NCBI GenBank assembly: GCA_964016885.1
Contig: OZ024743.1
Span: forward strand, 98,270,001-98,334,000
Direction: 5' to 3'
DNA from: Eledone cirrhosa
Lineage: Eukaryota
DNA: 64,000 nt
The translations under genes were made by a program, and so were the position numbers. The notes under the pieces were generated by a model. That model saw only the letters and a program-made list of their open reading frames with translations, ran no database searches and was not told where the DNA came from. This document shows, in pieces, positions 41,515 through 55,439 of the stretch; the first letter of the stretch is position 1, and every line of letters begins with the position of its first letter.

Positions 41515-41885
41515 CCAATACTATTACTAATTTTTACTTATTCCTAATTAAACTATTTTTCACTGGGAACAATTTGTCACCATTTTCTTTTCCTTTTACC
41601 AATATATATATATATATAAATATTTACACATACCCCAATTAAACAAAGTCACAGGTATATGTGTTTTTGGCAACTATTCACGATGTGGCTCAATGAAGAA
41701 TTAATAAATTAAATAATCAGAGCAAAATACTATAGAGTAAAGCATGTCCAGCAACCAACCCACTCGCCGTAAGCAACCAATCACACCCTTCCTGACTTGA
41801 CCACTGTCACGTCACAGTTCTCAACCATTTTGAATTCGTATTTGGCGGGGGCCACTTCGGAAAATAATACGTCCTAGCGAGTTTG

Positions 41886-41962
41886 TCCCCTGAAGATGTC
41901 TAAAACTCGAGTATTATCCTTAATAAGATATCTCAAAAGTGAGCAAAACCCATGGGTCGCGA
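41886..41962 (+). ncRNA. Degenerate hammerhead motif
   Basis: CUGAAGA...aAAAC-CCAUGG-GUC with palindromic stem III. Lies within a segment bounded by inverted repeats at 41728-41750 and 42244-42266. Confidence 0.5.
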
Positions 41963-42261
41963 TTTAGTGATTTAATCCTGGTATGTATATAAGCATTTCT
42001 AACATTAATTTTTACCTAATTATGTATGGTTGACCGTATATTTAATTAATTTCCACGTGCTGTTGAAATGTTGGGTAAATATTCTATAGCGGTTGGACGC
42101 GAAGACGCCGCTGTGGCGTATTTATTTACTGTTTCTTCATAGATGACTTTTATTCTTATAGCCTGGTCTAATTGATTTTTTGTGTGGTTAATTATGCTGA
42201 TTGGGAGTAGAGATGATGTATATATATATTATCAAATAATTCTCTGGACATGCTTTACTCT

Positions 42262-42330
<69 letters not shown>

Positions 42331-42680
42331 CGTTTCTGAATTTGTTTAGCAAGATTCTTTATCTGAAAATGTGTGTTGAAACCGATATTGTTATACTTTG
42401 GGAGGGTCATGTTGCCAATAAGAAACACACGCACCAGGTGATTTCACTCCAATTTATTATAAATGAAATTATAAATTAAAAAATTTATAAATTTCCGGTT
42501 GGTTGGTTTCCCCACCATTCGAGGTAGACTTAGATGGTACAGGTGGTGTCAAGTTTCTTACAGGCATAGTTGTTTCAAGGCGCTGTTCGACCTAGCTGCT
42601 AGGAAGTCTAGTAGCATGGCGACCTGTAGTACGTGTTGTTGATAACATGTTTGTTGTGGGGGACTTACAATTAATAATAT

Positions 42681-42983
42681 TTATCTATTTTTATGTTCAA
42701 CAAACGTCGCTTGTTGGCGTAATTGTTTCGCTGTGAAATAATTTAGCTTTGGGTGCATTTCGTCCCAGTGTAGCTTCATTCTGTTCATATAGCCAATTGA
42801 GGGATTGTTTTTTGCCATTTTATAACAATTAAATAAATCATTATTAAGTTCGCAACTCCAAGAGAAATGCGATTTATAATTTCGGTTTCTTCTGTAGCTA
42901 CAACTGAATAAAGTTTGTTTACCTTCCTTGTTATTTGTCTTCGGTACTTCCTTAATTTTGTTGTTGATGTTGTGTTCAGCCAT
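42681..42983 (-). pseudogene. N-terminal fragment of an R4/Dong-like (RLE) non-LTR retrotransposon ORF
   Basis: SWSCELNNDLFNCYKMAK...GYMNRMKLHWDEMHP...TAKQLRQQ resembles the W..E.N..CY...GY..RM...W N-terminal block of such elements. Confidence 0.6.
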
Positions 42984-43741
42984 GCTGTTTGTAGCAAATC
43001 CTTGTAAAATGAATTATGTATTTAGTCGGATATCTCTACGAATTCGAATAAAAGGTGTCTTCAGAAGATATAGTTAGAAGAATAACCAGTTATTCAACAT
43101 GACTGTAGTTGTGGCATTACTGTCGGAGATAGTATTCTTCTTAAATTTAATAAATAGTCTCCCACGCCAAAATATGCGATTGATCGCGTTGACTGTATGT
43201 ATGTATGTATGTGTGCATGTTGGTATCAGGTCGCTCTTCAGTGCTACTGGGTCACATGTAACCCAGTACAACCTGTGTATGGTAGGGTCGTCGATGACTA
43301 AACTGGGTGATTTTGAACAACTTGCTGGATGATAAACAAAACCCGTGAAAGAGCGGAGGAACTCAGGAGAGTCAACATCCAATAAAATGTTGTTGTTGTT
43401 ATTTTTGTTTTGTTTTGTTTTTTGTGGAGCGAGAGCCCTCTAGTCTTCATTAAGACATCACTCATGAAGTAGACCAGTTCTACTTTTTGGGTAAATACAT
43501 TTATGTTCAGAGAGTGAGATTGGCCCCGTGCAAAGCCTTTCCTCACTTAAAAAAAGCTTCAAGCATAGACATCGCTTCATATGTGGCATTTTTTGAGATG
43601 CATGGCATTGCTGGCCATAGGCAAGTCCCTCGCAGAACTCAAAAACAACGTCCGTGATGCTCATGCTTAAGTATCAAGCAATGACATTACTCGAAATCGA
43701 GTTGCAGCCATCATGTATCTATATATATATATATGTATACG

Positions 43742-43776
<35 letters not shown>

Positions 43777-43784
43777 GTATACGA

Positions 43785-43843
<59 letters not shown>

Positions 43844-43983
43844 GTATATATATAACAATACAATATAATTACCTCATTACCAGAGGTTTCCCGAATAAGC
43901 CGAATATTAAATTTAGCTCTGTAACTTACATAGAGCACTCTTCACTCCTATGACTTTTTCAATTTTCAACGGAAACTTCAATA

Positions 43984-44062
<79 letters not shown>

Positions 44063-44211
44063 GTATGTATATATGTATGTATATATATTGGCAGGGTTAT
44101 ATCAATAATGTCTGTCAGCAGTACGACACCTTCTGTTGGATAAACAGAGGACAATATAAACGAAAGGTTATTGTAACAGTCATGTGGAAATTAAGCCGAT
44201 GGCAACAAGAG

Positions 44212-44299
<88 letters not shown>

Positions 44300-44329
44300 C
44301 GAGAGAGGAAGGATGGGGGGGAGAAATGC

Positions 44330-44363
<34 letters not shown>

Positions 44364-44372
44364 TTTATAAAT

Positions 44373-44476
<104 letters not shown>

Positions 44477-44531
44477 GTGTGTGTATGTCTATATATATAG
44501 AGAGAGAAAAATACATTGATATGCATAGATT

Positions 44532-44563
<32 letters not shown>

Positions 44564-44973
44564 AGCGTGTCTATGTGTATATATGTGCGTGTGTATATGT
44601 GAGTGTTATGTGTGTGTGTGTGAGTGTACCCCCTATCTATGACTTGTAACAGCGTCCGTATCCATACACCCGACAATCCAACTACCCCATTGTAAACAAA
44701 ATTTCTCTAAGGAAGCAGATACCTTTCAAGATAATAGTTTGGCGGGTTTCACTGATCTACTTCCATGATTCTCATTTTGACAAGCGTTTCCTGAATATTA
44801 CATGATTATTTAGAATAGGCCAAGATGGAGGGCCAGAGTGTCTGACTCCATTCCTCTGTGTGTGTGTGTGTACCTGTGTGTGTGTGCCTGTGTGTGTGTG
44901 TGTCTGCCTGTATGCGCCATTGCAATGTTTGTCTGTCTTTGTGTGGTGTATTTATTATGTAAACAGTCTTCTG

Positions 44974-45004
<31 letters not shown>

Positions 45005-45011
45005 TTGTATT

Positions 45012-45042
<31 letters not shown>

Positions 45043-45327
45043 GGGGTGGAGACAGGGAGGTACATACATGCACACATAATGCGTGAATATATATGTAAGT
45101 GTGTATATGTATGTGTATGTGCACACGCACACACGCATACACACACACACACGCACACACACACGCGCTCGCGCACGCACAGACACACACACGCACATAC
45201 ACACGCGCACATATATAGACTCGTGTAGTTGCCTTCATTTTTATTTCCCGAGGTCTCTACACAAACATGAGAGAACTGTTAGGTCAACAGGAACAAGTTT
45301 TTATAACAAGACAGTGAGAAAAACGAA

Positions 45328-48300
45328 AGGTGAACGGGACATGTTGGTTGCTGTATGGAAGGTGAGAGGGACATGTTGGTGGCTGTATGGAAGGTGAGAG
45401 GGACATGGTGGTGGCTGTATCTATGGAAGGTGAGAGGGACATGCTGGTGGCTGTATGGAAGGTGAGAGGGACATGGTGGTGGCTGTATGGAAGGTGAGAG
45501 GGACATGGTGGTGGCTGTATGAAAGGTGAGAGGGACATGGTGGTGGCTGTATGGAAGGTGAGAGGGACATGGTGGTGGCTGTATCTATGGAAGGTGAACG
45601 GGACATATTGGTGGCTGTATGGAAGGTGAGAGGGACATGGTGGTGGCTGTATGGAAGGTGAGAGGGACATGGTGGTGGCTGTATGAAAGGTGAGAGGGAC
45701 ATGGTGGTGGCTGTATGAAAGGTGAGAGGGACATGGTGGTGGCTGTATGGAAGGTGAGAGGGACATGGTGGTGGCTGTATGGAAGGTGAAAGGGACATGG
45801 TGGTGGCTGTATCTATGGAAGGTGAGAGGGACATGGTGGTGGCTGTATGAAAGGTGAGAGAGACATGCTGGTGGCTGTATGGAAGGTGAGAGGGACATGT
45901 TGGTGGCTGTATCTATGGAAGGTGAGAGGGACATGGTGGTGGCTGTATGAAAGGTGAGAGAGACATGCTGGTGGCTGTATGGAAGGTGAAAGGGACATGG
46001 TGGTGGCTGTATCTATGGAAGGTGAGAGGGACATGGTGGTGGCTGTATGAAAGGTGAGAGAGACATGCTGGTGGCTGTATGAAAGGTGAGAGGGACATGT
46101 TGGTGGCTGTATGGAAGGTGAAAGGGACATGCTGGTGGCTGTATGGAAGGTGAAAGGGACATGGTGGTGGCTGTATGGAAGGTGAGAGGGACATGGTGGT
46201 GGCTGTATGGAAGGTGAAAGGGACATGGTGGTGGCTGTATCTATGGAAGGTGAGAGGGACATGGTGGTGGCTGTATGAAAGGTGAGAGAGACATGCTGGT
46301 GGCTGTATGGAAGGTGAAAGGGACATGCTGGTGGCTGTATGGAAGGTGAGAGGGACATGGTGGTGGCTGTTTGGAAGGTGAAAGGGACATGGTGGTGGCT
46401 GTATGGAAGGTGAAAGGGACATGGTGGTGGCTGTATGGAAGGTGAGAGGGACATGGTGGTGGCTGTATGGAAGGTGAAAGGGACATGGTGGTGGCAGTAT
46501 GGAAGGTGAAAGGGACATGGTGGTGGCTGTATGGAAGGTGAGAGGGACATGGTGGTGGCTGTATGGAAGGTGAGAGGGACATGGTGGTGGCTGTATGAAA
46601 GGTGAGAGGGACATGGTGGTGGCTGTATGGAAGGTGAAAGGGACATGGTGGTGGCTGTATGGAAGGTGAGAGGGACATGGTGGTGGCTGTATGGAAGGTG
46701 AGAGGGACATGGTGGTGGCTGTATGGAAGGTGAAAGGGACATGGTGGTGGCTGTATGGAAGGTGAAAGGGACATGGTGGTGCCTGTATGGAAGGTGAAAG
46801 GGACATGGTGGTGGCTGTATGGAAGGTGAGAGGGACATGCTGGTGGCTGTATGAAAGGTGAGAGGGACATGGTGGTGGCTGTATGAAAGGTGAGAGGGAC
46901 ATGGTGGTGGCTGTATGGAAGGTGAAAGGGACATGGTGGTGGCTGTATGGAAGGTGAGAGGGACATGGTGGTGGCTGTATGGAAGGTGAGAGGGACATGT
47001 TGGTGGCTGTGGTGAAAGAGACATGTTGGTGGCTGTATGGAAGGGGAGAGGGACATGTTGGTGGCTGTATGGAAGGTCAAAGGGACATGCTGGTGGCTGT
47101 ATGGAAGGGGAGAGGGACATGGTGGTGTCTGTATGGAAGGTCAAAGGGACATGCTGGTGGCTGTATGGAAGGTGAAAGGGACATGGTGGTGGCTGTATGG
47201 AAGGTGAGAGGGACATCCTGGTGGCTGTATGGAAGGTGAAAGAGACATGTCGGTGGCTGTATGGAAGGGGAGAGGGACAAGCTGGTGGCTGTATGGAAGG
47301 TCAAAGGGACATCCTGGTGGCTGTATGGAAGGTGAAAGGGACATGGTGGTGGCTGTATGGAAGGTGAAAGGGACATGTTGGTGGCTGTATGGAAGGTGAA
47401 AGGGACATGGTGGTGGCTGTATGGAAGGTGAAAGGGACATGGTGGTGGCTGTATGGAAGGTGAAAGGGACATGGTGGTGGCTGTATGGAAGGTGAAAGGG
47501 ACATGTTGATGGCTGTATGGAAGGTGAAAGGGACATGGTGGTGGCTGTATGGAAGGTGAAAGGGACATGTTGGTGGCTGTATGGAAGGTGAGAGGGACAT
47601 GCTGGTGGCTGTATGGAAGGTGAAAGAGACATGGTGGTGGCTGTATGGAAGGTGAGAGGGACATGTTGGTGGCTGTATGGAAGGTGAGATGGACATGTTG
47701 GTGGCTGTATGGAAGGTGAGAGGGACATGGTGGTGGCTGTATGGAAGGTGAGAGGGACATGGTGGTGGCTGTATGAAAGGTGAGAGGGACATGTTGGTGG
47801 CTGTATGAAAGGTGAGAGGGACATGCTGGTGGCTGTATGAAAGGTGAGAGGGACATGTTGGTGGCTGTATGGAAGGTGAGAGGGACATGGTGGTGGCTGT
47901 ATGGAAGGTGAGAGGGACATGTTGGTGGCTGTATGGAAGGTGAGAGGGACATGGTGGTGGCTGTATGAAAGGTGAGAGGGACATGCTGGTGGCTGTATGA
48001 AAGGTGAAAGGGACATGGTGGTGGCTGTATGGAAGGTGAGAGGGACATGTTGGTGGCTGTATGGAAGGTGAGAGGGACATGTTGGTGGCTGTATGGAAGG
48101 TGAAAGGGACATGCTGGTGGCTGTATGAAAGGTGAGAGGGACATGCTGGTGGCTGTATGGAAGGTGAGAGGGACATGCTGGTGGCTGTATGAAAGGTGAG
48201 AGGGACATGCTGGTGGCTGTATGGAAGGTGAAAGAGACATGGTGGTGGCTGTATGGAAGGTGAGAGGGACATGGTGGTGGCTGTATGGAAGGTGAAAGGG

Positions 48301-49100
48301 ACATGTTGGTGGCTGTATGGAAGGTGAGAGGGACATGGTGGTGGCTGTATGGAAGGTGAGAGGGACACGTTGGTGGCTGTATGGAAGGTGAAAGGGACAT
48401 GTTGATGGCTGTATGGAAGGTGAAAGGGACATGGTGGTGGCTGTATGGAAGGTGAAAGAGACATGGTGGTGGCTGTATGGAAGGTGAGAGGGACATGTTG
48501 GTGGCTGTATGGAAGGTGAGAGGGACATGTTGGTGGCTGTATGGAAGGTGAAAGGGACATGCTGGTGGCTGTATGAAAGGTGAGAGGGACATGCTGGTGG
48601 CTGTATGGAAGGTGAAAGGGACATGTTGGTGGCTGTATGGAAGGTGAGAGGGACATGGTGGTGGCTGTATGGAAGGTGAGAGGGACACGTTGGTGGCTGT
48701 ATGGAAGGTGAAAGGGACATGGTGGTGGCTGTATGGAAGGTGAAAGAGACATGGTGGTGGCTGTATGGAAGGTGAAAGAGACATGATGGTGGCTGTATGG
48801 AAGGTGAAAGGGACATGGTGGTGGCTGTATGGAAGGTGAGAGGGACACGTTGGTGGCTGTATGGAAGGTGAAAGGGACATGTTGATGGCTGTATGGAAGG
48901 TGAAAGGGACATGGTGGTGGCTGTATGGAAGGTGAAAGAGACATGGTGGTGGCTGTATGGAAGGTGAAAGGGACATGGTGGTGGCTGTATCTATGGAAGG
49001 TGAAAGGGACATGGTGGTGTCAGTATCTATGGAAGGTGAAAGGAACATGTTGCTGCCTGTATTTATGGAAGGTGAGAGGGACATGTTGTTGGCACTATGA
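45328..49100. repeat. 32-bp minisatellite, roughly 115-120 copies
   Basis: Unit ggctgtatggaaggtgagagggacatggtggt, with point variants and 36-bp (+ctat) variants. Confidence 0.97.
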
Positions 49101-49350
49101 GAGGGAGATGTTGTGGGAGAGGGTAGCAAGGAATTCTTTGCTACTCTCTCCCAACCTCCTTATCATCTATTGCACCATTTAAGTGATAAATTTTGATGTA
49201 ATTTTTTATGACATTTTATGACATTATGTGCATCATGTATTCTGTCTTTTTCTTTATAGCGCTGGCCTCGGGACCCCCCTGCTGGTCCCTTAACCTTGTT
49301 CTGGTGACGCGGCTTGATGGAGCATGCAACTATTGATATACTCTTGTTTA

Positions 49351-49400
49351 TAGGCTCTGATGATTCCTGCCATGGGGTATGGATGAAACACTGTTAGCTA
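49351..49400 (+). ncRNA. Type I hammerhead ribozyme
   Basis: GGCU-CUGAUGA-uUCC-UGCC(augg)GGUA-u-GGAu-GAAAC-acu-GUU-AGCU. Confidence 0.75.
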
Positions 49401-49608
49401 ATAAAACTGTATTTCTAAGCACTCTTTGGTTATTCCTGTAATTATAACGGCTCTGTAGTATACTAGTTATCCTACATTGAGCTAAAACCACACTGTCATA
49501 CCAAGGGCAATATATCTGCGTGTCTGGGCACATTGATATATTTGTCAATGAAACTATATATATATACATATTTATATATAAATACACAAATGCATGCACA
49601 CGCTCAAT

Positions 49609-49664
<56 letters not shown>

Positions 49665-49667
49665 ATT

Positions 49668-49746
<79 letters not shown>

Positions 49747-50677
49747 GGGTAGAACACTGGAAGGTAATATCTCTAATGGTAGAGCACTCATTCCATGGGA
49801 CGAGTTTGGTAGAAGCAGTAACACAACAGTTAGTTTACCGAGAACAATTGTTTCCTCTCGGAATTCAATTCCCGTCGAGGTCAACTTTGCCTTTCATCTT
49901 TTCGAGGTTGATAAATAAAGTACTAGTCTTGTACTGGGGTCGATTCTTCCTCTCTCTGGAAGAAATCTGCTGTACTCAAACCTGGGGGAGGTTTAAAAAG
50001 CCCAAGAAACACCAACGGTGCCCCTACGACTCTATTATTAGTTACGGGACAAAACGAAAACAAAAAGAAAAGTGTATTGATAAATAGAAATAGCGTAATA
50101 GTGAATTTCTAGCATACGTTGAATGGAGGAACCCAACCTTTTCAGAGCACCCCTTCCATCCATACACAATATATCGATCATCATTAGAATCAAGAATTTT
50201 GTAAATGAAACAAAATTAAAATGAAAACATTTGTGTCTGGAAAACATTACCAGAGATATTACAGATAATATTTTTATTTTATCGCCCCCTCCATTAAAAA
50301 AGAAAAAGGAAAAACAAGAAATATTCTGTCTGATGTAGATCTTACAACCAAGTGGTTAGAAACAACTTTAGGGTGGGTGAGAGATGTCTTCTCTTGTGAA
50401 AATGGGTATAGCTTTCATTATATAAAATGTCCTCATTGTGCCTCATTTCTCTCCGTTTTGGGGGAACGTTTTTTCATGGTGCTCCCCGTTTGGGTTTTTA
50501 GAGGTTGGCAAGTCTGAAATGAGAGCTGCTCTTGGGCCAAACTCCAACAACATGTATCATTGAATTCCACAGCTTTCTGTTTCTACTCGTCCTTATTGTT
50601 GTCTTTGTTTTCGTTTCTAACTTTAGCACATGTCCACATGTTTTGGGGAAGAGAATCAGTCTGTCCAATTGACCAGA

Positions 50678-50821
50678 TATTTACTGGTATTTATTGTATC
50701 AACCCGCTACTGATGGTATTTATTGGTATTTATTGTATCAACCCGCTACTGAAGGTATTTACTGGTATTTATTGTATCAACCCGCTACTGATGGTATTTA
50801 CTGGTATTTATTGTATCAACC
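50678..50821. repeat. 39-bp tandem repeat (~3.6 copies)
   Basis: Unit tatttactggtatttattgtatcaacccgctactgatgg. Confidence 0.9.
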
Positions 50822-50887
50822 ATTGCCTGAAGGAAGGAAAACACAGTCAAATCCGTTGGATTTGAACTCCGTCACGAGAATCCATTC

Positions 50888-51216
50888 GTACTATTGATAT
50901 TAGTATTATTGATATTAGTACTACTGATATTAGTACTATTGATATTAGTACTACTGATATTAGTACTATTGATATTAGTACTATTGCTATTAGTATTATT
51001 GATATTAGTACTATTGATATTAGTACTATTGATATTAGTACTACTGATATTAGTACTATTGATATTAGTACTACTGATATTAGTACTATTGATATTAGTA
51101 CTATTGATATTAGTACTATTGATATTAGTACTATTGATATTAGTACTATTGATATTAGTACTATTGATATTAGTACTATTGATATTAGTACTATTGATAT
51201 TAGTACTATTGATATT
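50888..51216. repeat. 15-bp tandem repeat (~21 copies)
   Basis: Unit tagtactattgatat. Confidence 0.95.
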
Positions 51217-51314
51217 TTTACAGTCACAAGCGCTCAAATTTGATTGATAGAAATAGTTGATCATGCTAGCCCCTGTACTTGATAGTTACTGTTGTTGTTG
51301 TTGTTAGTGTCAGA

Positions 51315-52150
51315 CAACATACTTCACAACATAGAGTTACGGCCCTTTACGTTATGAGTTCAAATCCCGCCGAGGTTAACTTTGCCTTTCATCCTTACGG
51401 AGTTAATAAAATAAAGTACCAGTAATGCACTGGAATTAATTTAATCGACTTTCCCCTCCGCTTCAAATGTATGGCCTTGTACCTATAGTAGAAAACATTA
51501 TTATTATTATTATTATTAATAATGGTAGGGCAGTGGATTGGCAGTATCGATAGAGCGTCAGACACCATGCTTTACAGCACAGCGCTATGGCCCTTTACGT
51601 TCTGAATTCAAAACCCGCCGAGGTTAGCTTTGCCTTTCATCCTTACGGGATCGATAAAATAAAGTACCAGTAATATACTGCGATAATTGCTGGCCTTGTG
51701 CCAAAAGTAGAAACAATTATAAATGGTTTCTAGCATAGGTATGATGCCAGCAAGTTTGAGGGGAGAAGAAACCTATTACGTTGTCCCAAATGCTTGACTA
51801 GTATTTTATTTTACAGAGCCCAGAAGGATATAAGGCAAAGCTAATTTCGGTGGGATTTAAACTCAGAACGCAAAGAACCAAAACTAATGCCACCAAACGT
51901 TTAGTCTGACACTCTACCGATTCTGCCAATCCACTGCTCCAAGTTTGTTTCTAAATTAGGAACAAACTAAGCTATTTTGTGGGGAGGAAAGAGTAAGTTA
52001 CATTATCGCTAGCACTTGACTGGTATTTTATTTTAATGAGCCCGGAAGTATTACTGGTAAAGTCGACTTCAGTGGGATTTGAACTCAGAACGTAAGTAAC
52101 CAGAAGTAACACCGCAAGGCATTTTGTCCCGCGCGCTATTGTTTCTGGCA
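51315..52150. mobile_element. Cluster of four tRNA-derived SINEs (two +, two -)
   Basis: B-box and core motifs in both orientations. Confidence 0.75.
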
Positions 52151-55100
52151 ATGTTGCTTTTATTGTTGTTTTTATTTGTTCGTGTCGTTGCTCTCGTTTC
52201 TTTCATCGCGATTCATTCAGATTTTTTCCTTAATTTTTTTTTTTTTATTTTTTCTTCAATAGAATTTTACTTCTAACACAAACGAATAAAAGAAACAGGT
52301 TGTATTGACATTCTTTTCTTGAAAGTTCCACGAAGATGGTGGAAGTCATTTCTGCTGACACATGAAGATATTAACAATATGTCGGCAATGGTTTACAATG
52401 ACTTTGAGAGATCATTAACTGGTATTTATCTGTCATGTATACTTCACTTCGGACCATGTGATAGCTTAAAGTTAGACAATATATTAATTGAATTAATTTT
52501 TCCAGCTGCCTCTAAATGTCTGTAAAGCCCTTTTGCTGAACAGTTTTATTCCTGATGTAGACAATTTATGAATAAATTTTAATTGAAATGTCAAAACTGT
52601 CCTCAATCTCAGATCATTTATTTATCTATTATATTTCTTTTTCATCACTAGCAAGCGCTTTATTATTTTCCTTTATGTATCTACACATACATGTATGCAT
52701 AAAAATACGCATCTGTGTATATAATATATATGAATAGATTGTTTTATGCACATGCAAACATGTAAATATATATGGATAATTATGAATATTTGTATACATA
52801 ATATGTGTGTAAGCATGCATGTATGTATGTATATACATATGCAATATGTATGTATGTATATGTATGTATGTATGAAGACAAGTGGTTTAGTGGTTGAGTG
52901 TTCGGCTCGTGATCTTAAACTCGTGAGTTCGATTCCCGAAATAAAGTGCCTTGAGCAAAGCACATTATTTCTCGTACTACCAGTACACTAAGCTAGCAAA
53001 AGTTAGTTGTACCAGTAATTCAAGGGACCAACTTTATCCCATACTGTGTCACCCTAAATTTTCTTGAGAAATATGTTAAAGGAAAACTTATACGTAATTA
53101 CATGTTTCGTTCCTCAAATAACTGGAAGACTCGTCGTTGGAACCGCGGAGATCCAACACACCCACATATAGAATGTATGTATGTATGAATGTATGTACGA
53201 AAAGCGGTCGATTTGGCAGAGTCGTTAGAGTGTTGGATATTTGTTTTGAGTCTCAGCGTTCTGAGTTCAAATCCCACCCAATTCCATTTTGCCTTTCATC
53301 CTTTCGGAGTCGATAAAACATTATGAGCAGGGTCGGCTGGTATTCTATAAAGTATCAGGGAACGAAGCAAGAGATTTTAATCTAGGGAGGGGAGTGAGAC
53401 ATCCCTGAGGAGAGTCTGTGATGATTCTGTGAGAGTCTGTGATGATTCTGATTATATTTAGGAATGCTGCTTTTTTCAAGTCAAATATACAAGTCATAGC
53501 AACGGAGTAATAATTACCCCAGTGTATTACTGGTGCTTTATTATATCGACCCCGTAAGGATGAAAGGCAAAGTTAACCTTGATGGGATTTGAACTCATAA
53601 CATAAAGGGCCATAACTCTATGCTGCAAAGCATGGTGTCTGACGCTTTACGGCAGGAATACATTGAAGTTTAGAAATAAAATTTCCCATTTTTTGTTTGT
53701 TTGTTTTTTCGAGGCTTCAGGAATTTCTCGATTTTCCTATATCATGAATGTCAAATTAGGATCTATGTATCTATGTCTAGTGCAGACAAGGCGGTTGTTG
53801 ATGACAAGAAGACTAAAGGCATTATGCTGAGAGAAGCATATACCTTGACGAGATACACTCGATGAGCGAGGAAGAGTAGAAAATACTAGTCGTTCAAAGC
53901 TAAAATGTTCCATCCTGATATGAACCAAGTGGGAAATTGTTTGTTTGACAATATATATTACACTGAGGAAGTGTCTAACTATGAGTCCTCCCTATAACAC
54001 TGGCATCATTAGTATATTAGTGATTGTTGTTAATCGACTGAGCCCATACTGAAGATCGCCGTCTTTTGGCCGTGTAGAGCAGGCAATGTTCCTCTGTGTG
54101 GTGGCGAAAGAGGTTGTAGGGTGGACCAGGTTGAAAGGACTGAAGACACTTTTCTCTTCGGCCAACCTTCATCGACTTTTTCAAGTATCATTTGGAAAGA
54201 AAGATGAGGATGGTGAGAGAAGTGCCCCCCACCCCTCATCATCACCACCACCACCACCAGAACATTTTCTAAAGGGTGGGGGAATGCGGCGAAAATGACC
54301 CGTGTGAATAATACTCCGAGCATGCGCCTGTAGGCTGGTTAATTTGTGGGGGAAAGGGGGCCCTTCCCGGGTGCCCTAGAAGAGTGTGGTGGTTCAGGAT
54401 TGGTGGGTACCTGAGTCGCGCCTGGGTTACTCCTCCCCCGCCCTATTGGGAAATTTATTTTGTTATATTTTATATATTTTTATATATTCTTAGATATTTT
54501 CATTGTTAATTGTTTTTGGTTTTGTGAAATTTTTACTCGATTTTATCGTACACCCCACCACCACCACCACCACCACTGTCCCTGTCTTTATGTTGTCCCT
54601 TATATGTCGGCCCTTGTGGCCAATAAATGAAACCATCATCATTATTATTATTATTATCGTTATCATTATTATTATTATCATTATCATTATTATTATAGCT
54701 GATGTGGTTGTTGTTGTAGGTGGTCTTGTCGAGGTTTGCTTGAGCAAACATGTTTCCTTCACTCTCACAGAATTTTTGGATTACCGCGTCCTTAAATTGT
54801 GTAGAGAACTTTTTTTATTCAAATAATTGATTATATGAAACTTTGGGAACGTTTGTATATCCAACCTGTTTACCTTAGGGTGGACAAAATACGGTTTTCC
54901 TTGAATATTTTATGTTGTAATATTTGTAAAGATTTCGTTTGTTTTTAATTCAACATGGATATTTGTTCTTGAGTAACAGAAGAGGTTATCACCATGGTGA
55001 TTGCTGTAACAATATAAACAAATACGCCCCCGAGTTAGAATGTGTGAGAACAAAATGACAGTTTTTAATTAGGGACAGCCAAAAAAGAAGGATAATTACA

Positions 55101-55439
55101 TCAAACATACACACTAAAGATAATAATGATGAACCTGGTGTTTCAACACAAATGAGTTTTCACTTTAAGACACCGTGAAAAATAACAGTAACGACGGCAA
55201 CAATAACACCACAGCTTTTCACACACTTTTACAAAGGTTAAAATTGGAAAACCTTCGTAAAAAGAAATGTTTTCATATAACGCAAGGTTTGCTTTAAGAG
55301 AAGGAAAATAGAATGTTAACATATTTATGTCTTACTGGTAAGGCCTTCTGGATACAGTCTTAAAACACCCTGAAAGAAGCTTTAACCGGTGTGTGGTACA
55401 AGCTTGTAGCGCATCAATACCTAAGTTTGACATGGTTGT

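Noticed and set aside
45328-49100. CRISPR-like periodicity (32 bp), also considered for 6862-6983 and 50678-50821
   Set aside because: Head-to-tail tandem units without unique spacers, no cas genes, eukaryotic context.
45284-49129. Overlapping 200-660 aa Pro/His/Ser ORFs
   Set aside because: All three minus frames give the same 32-aa repeat from a 32-bp unit; there is no unique coding flank or splice evidence.
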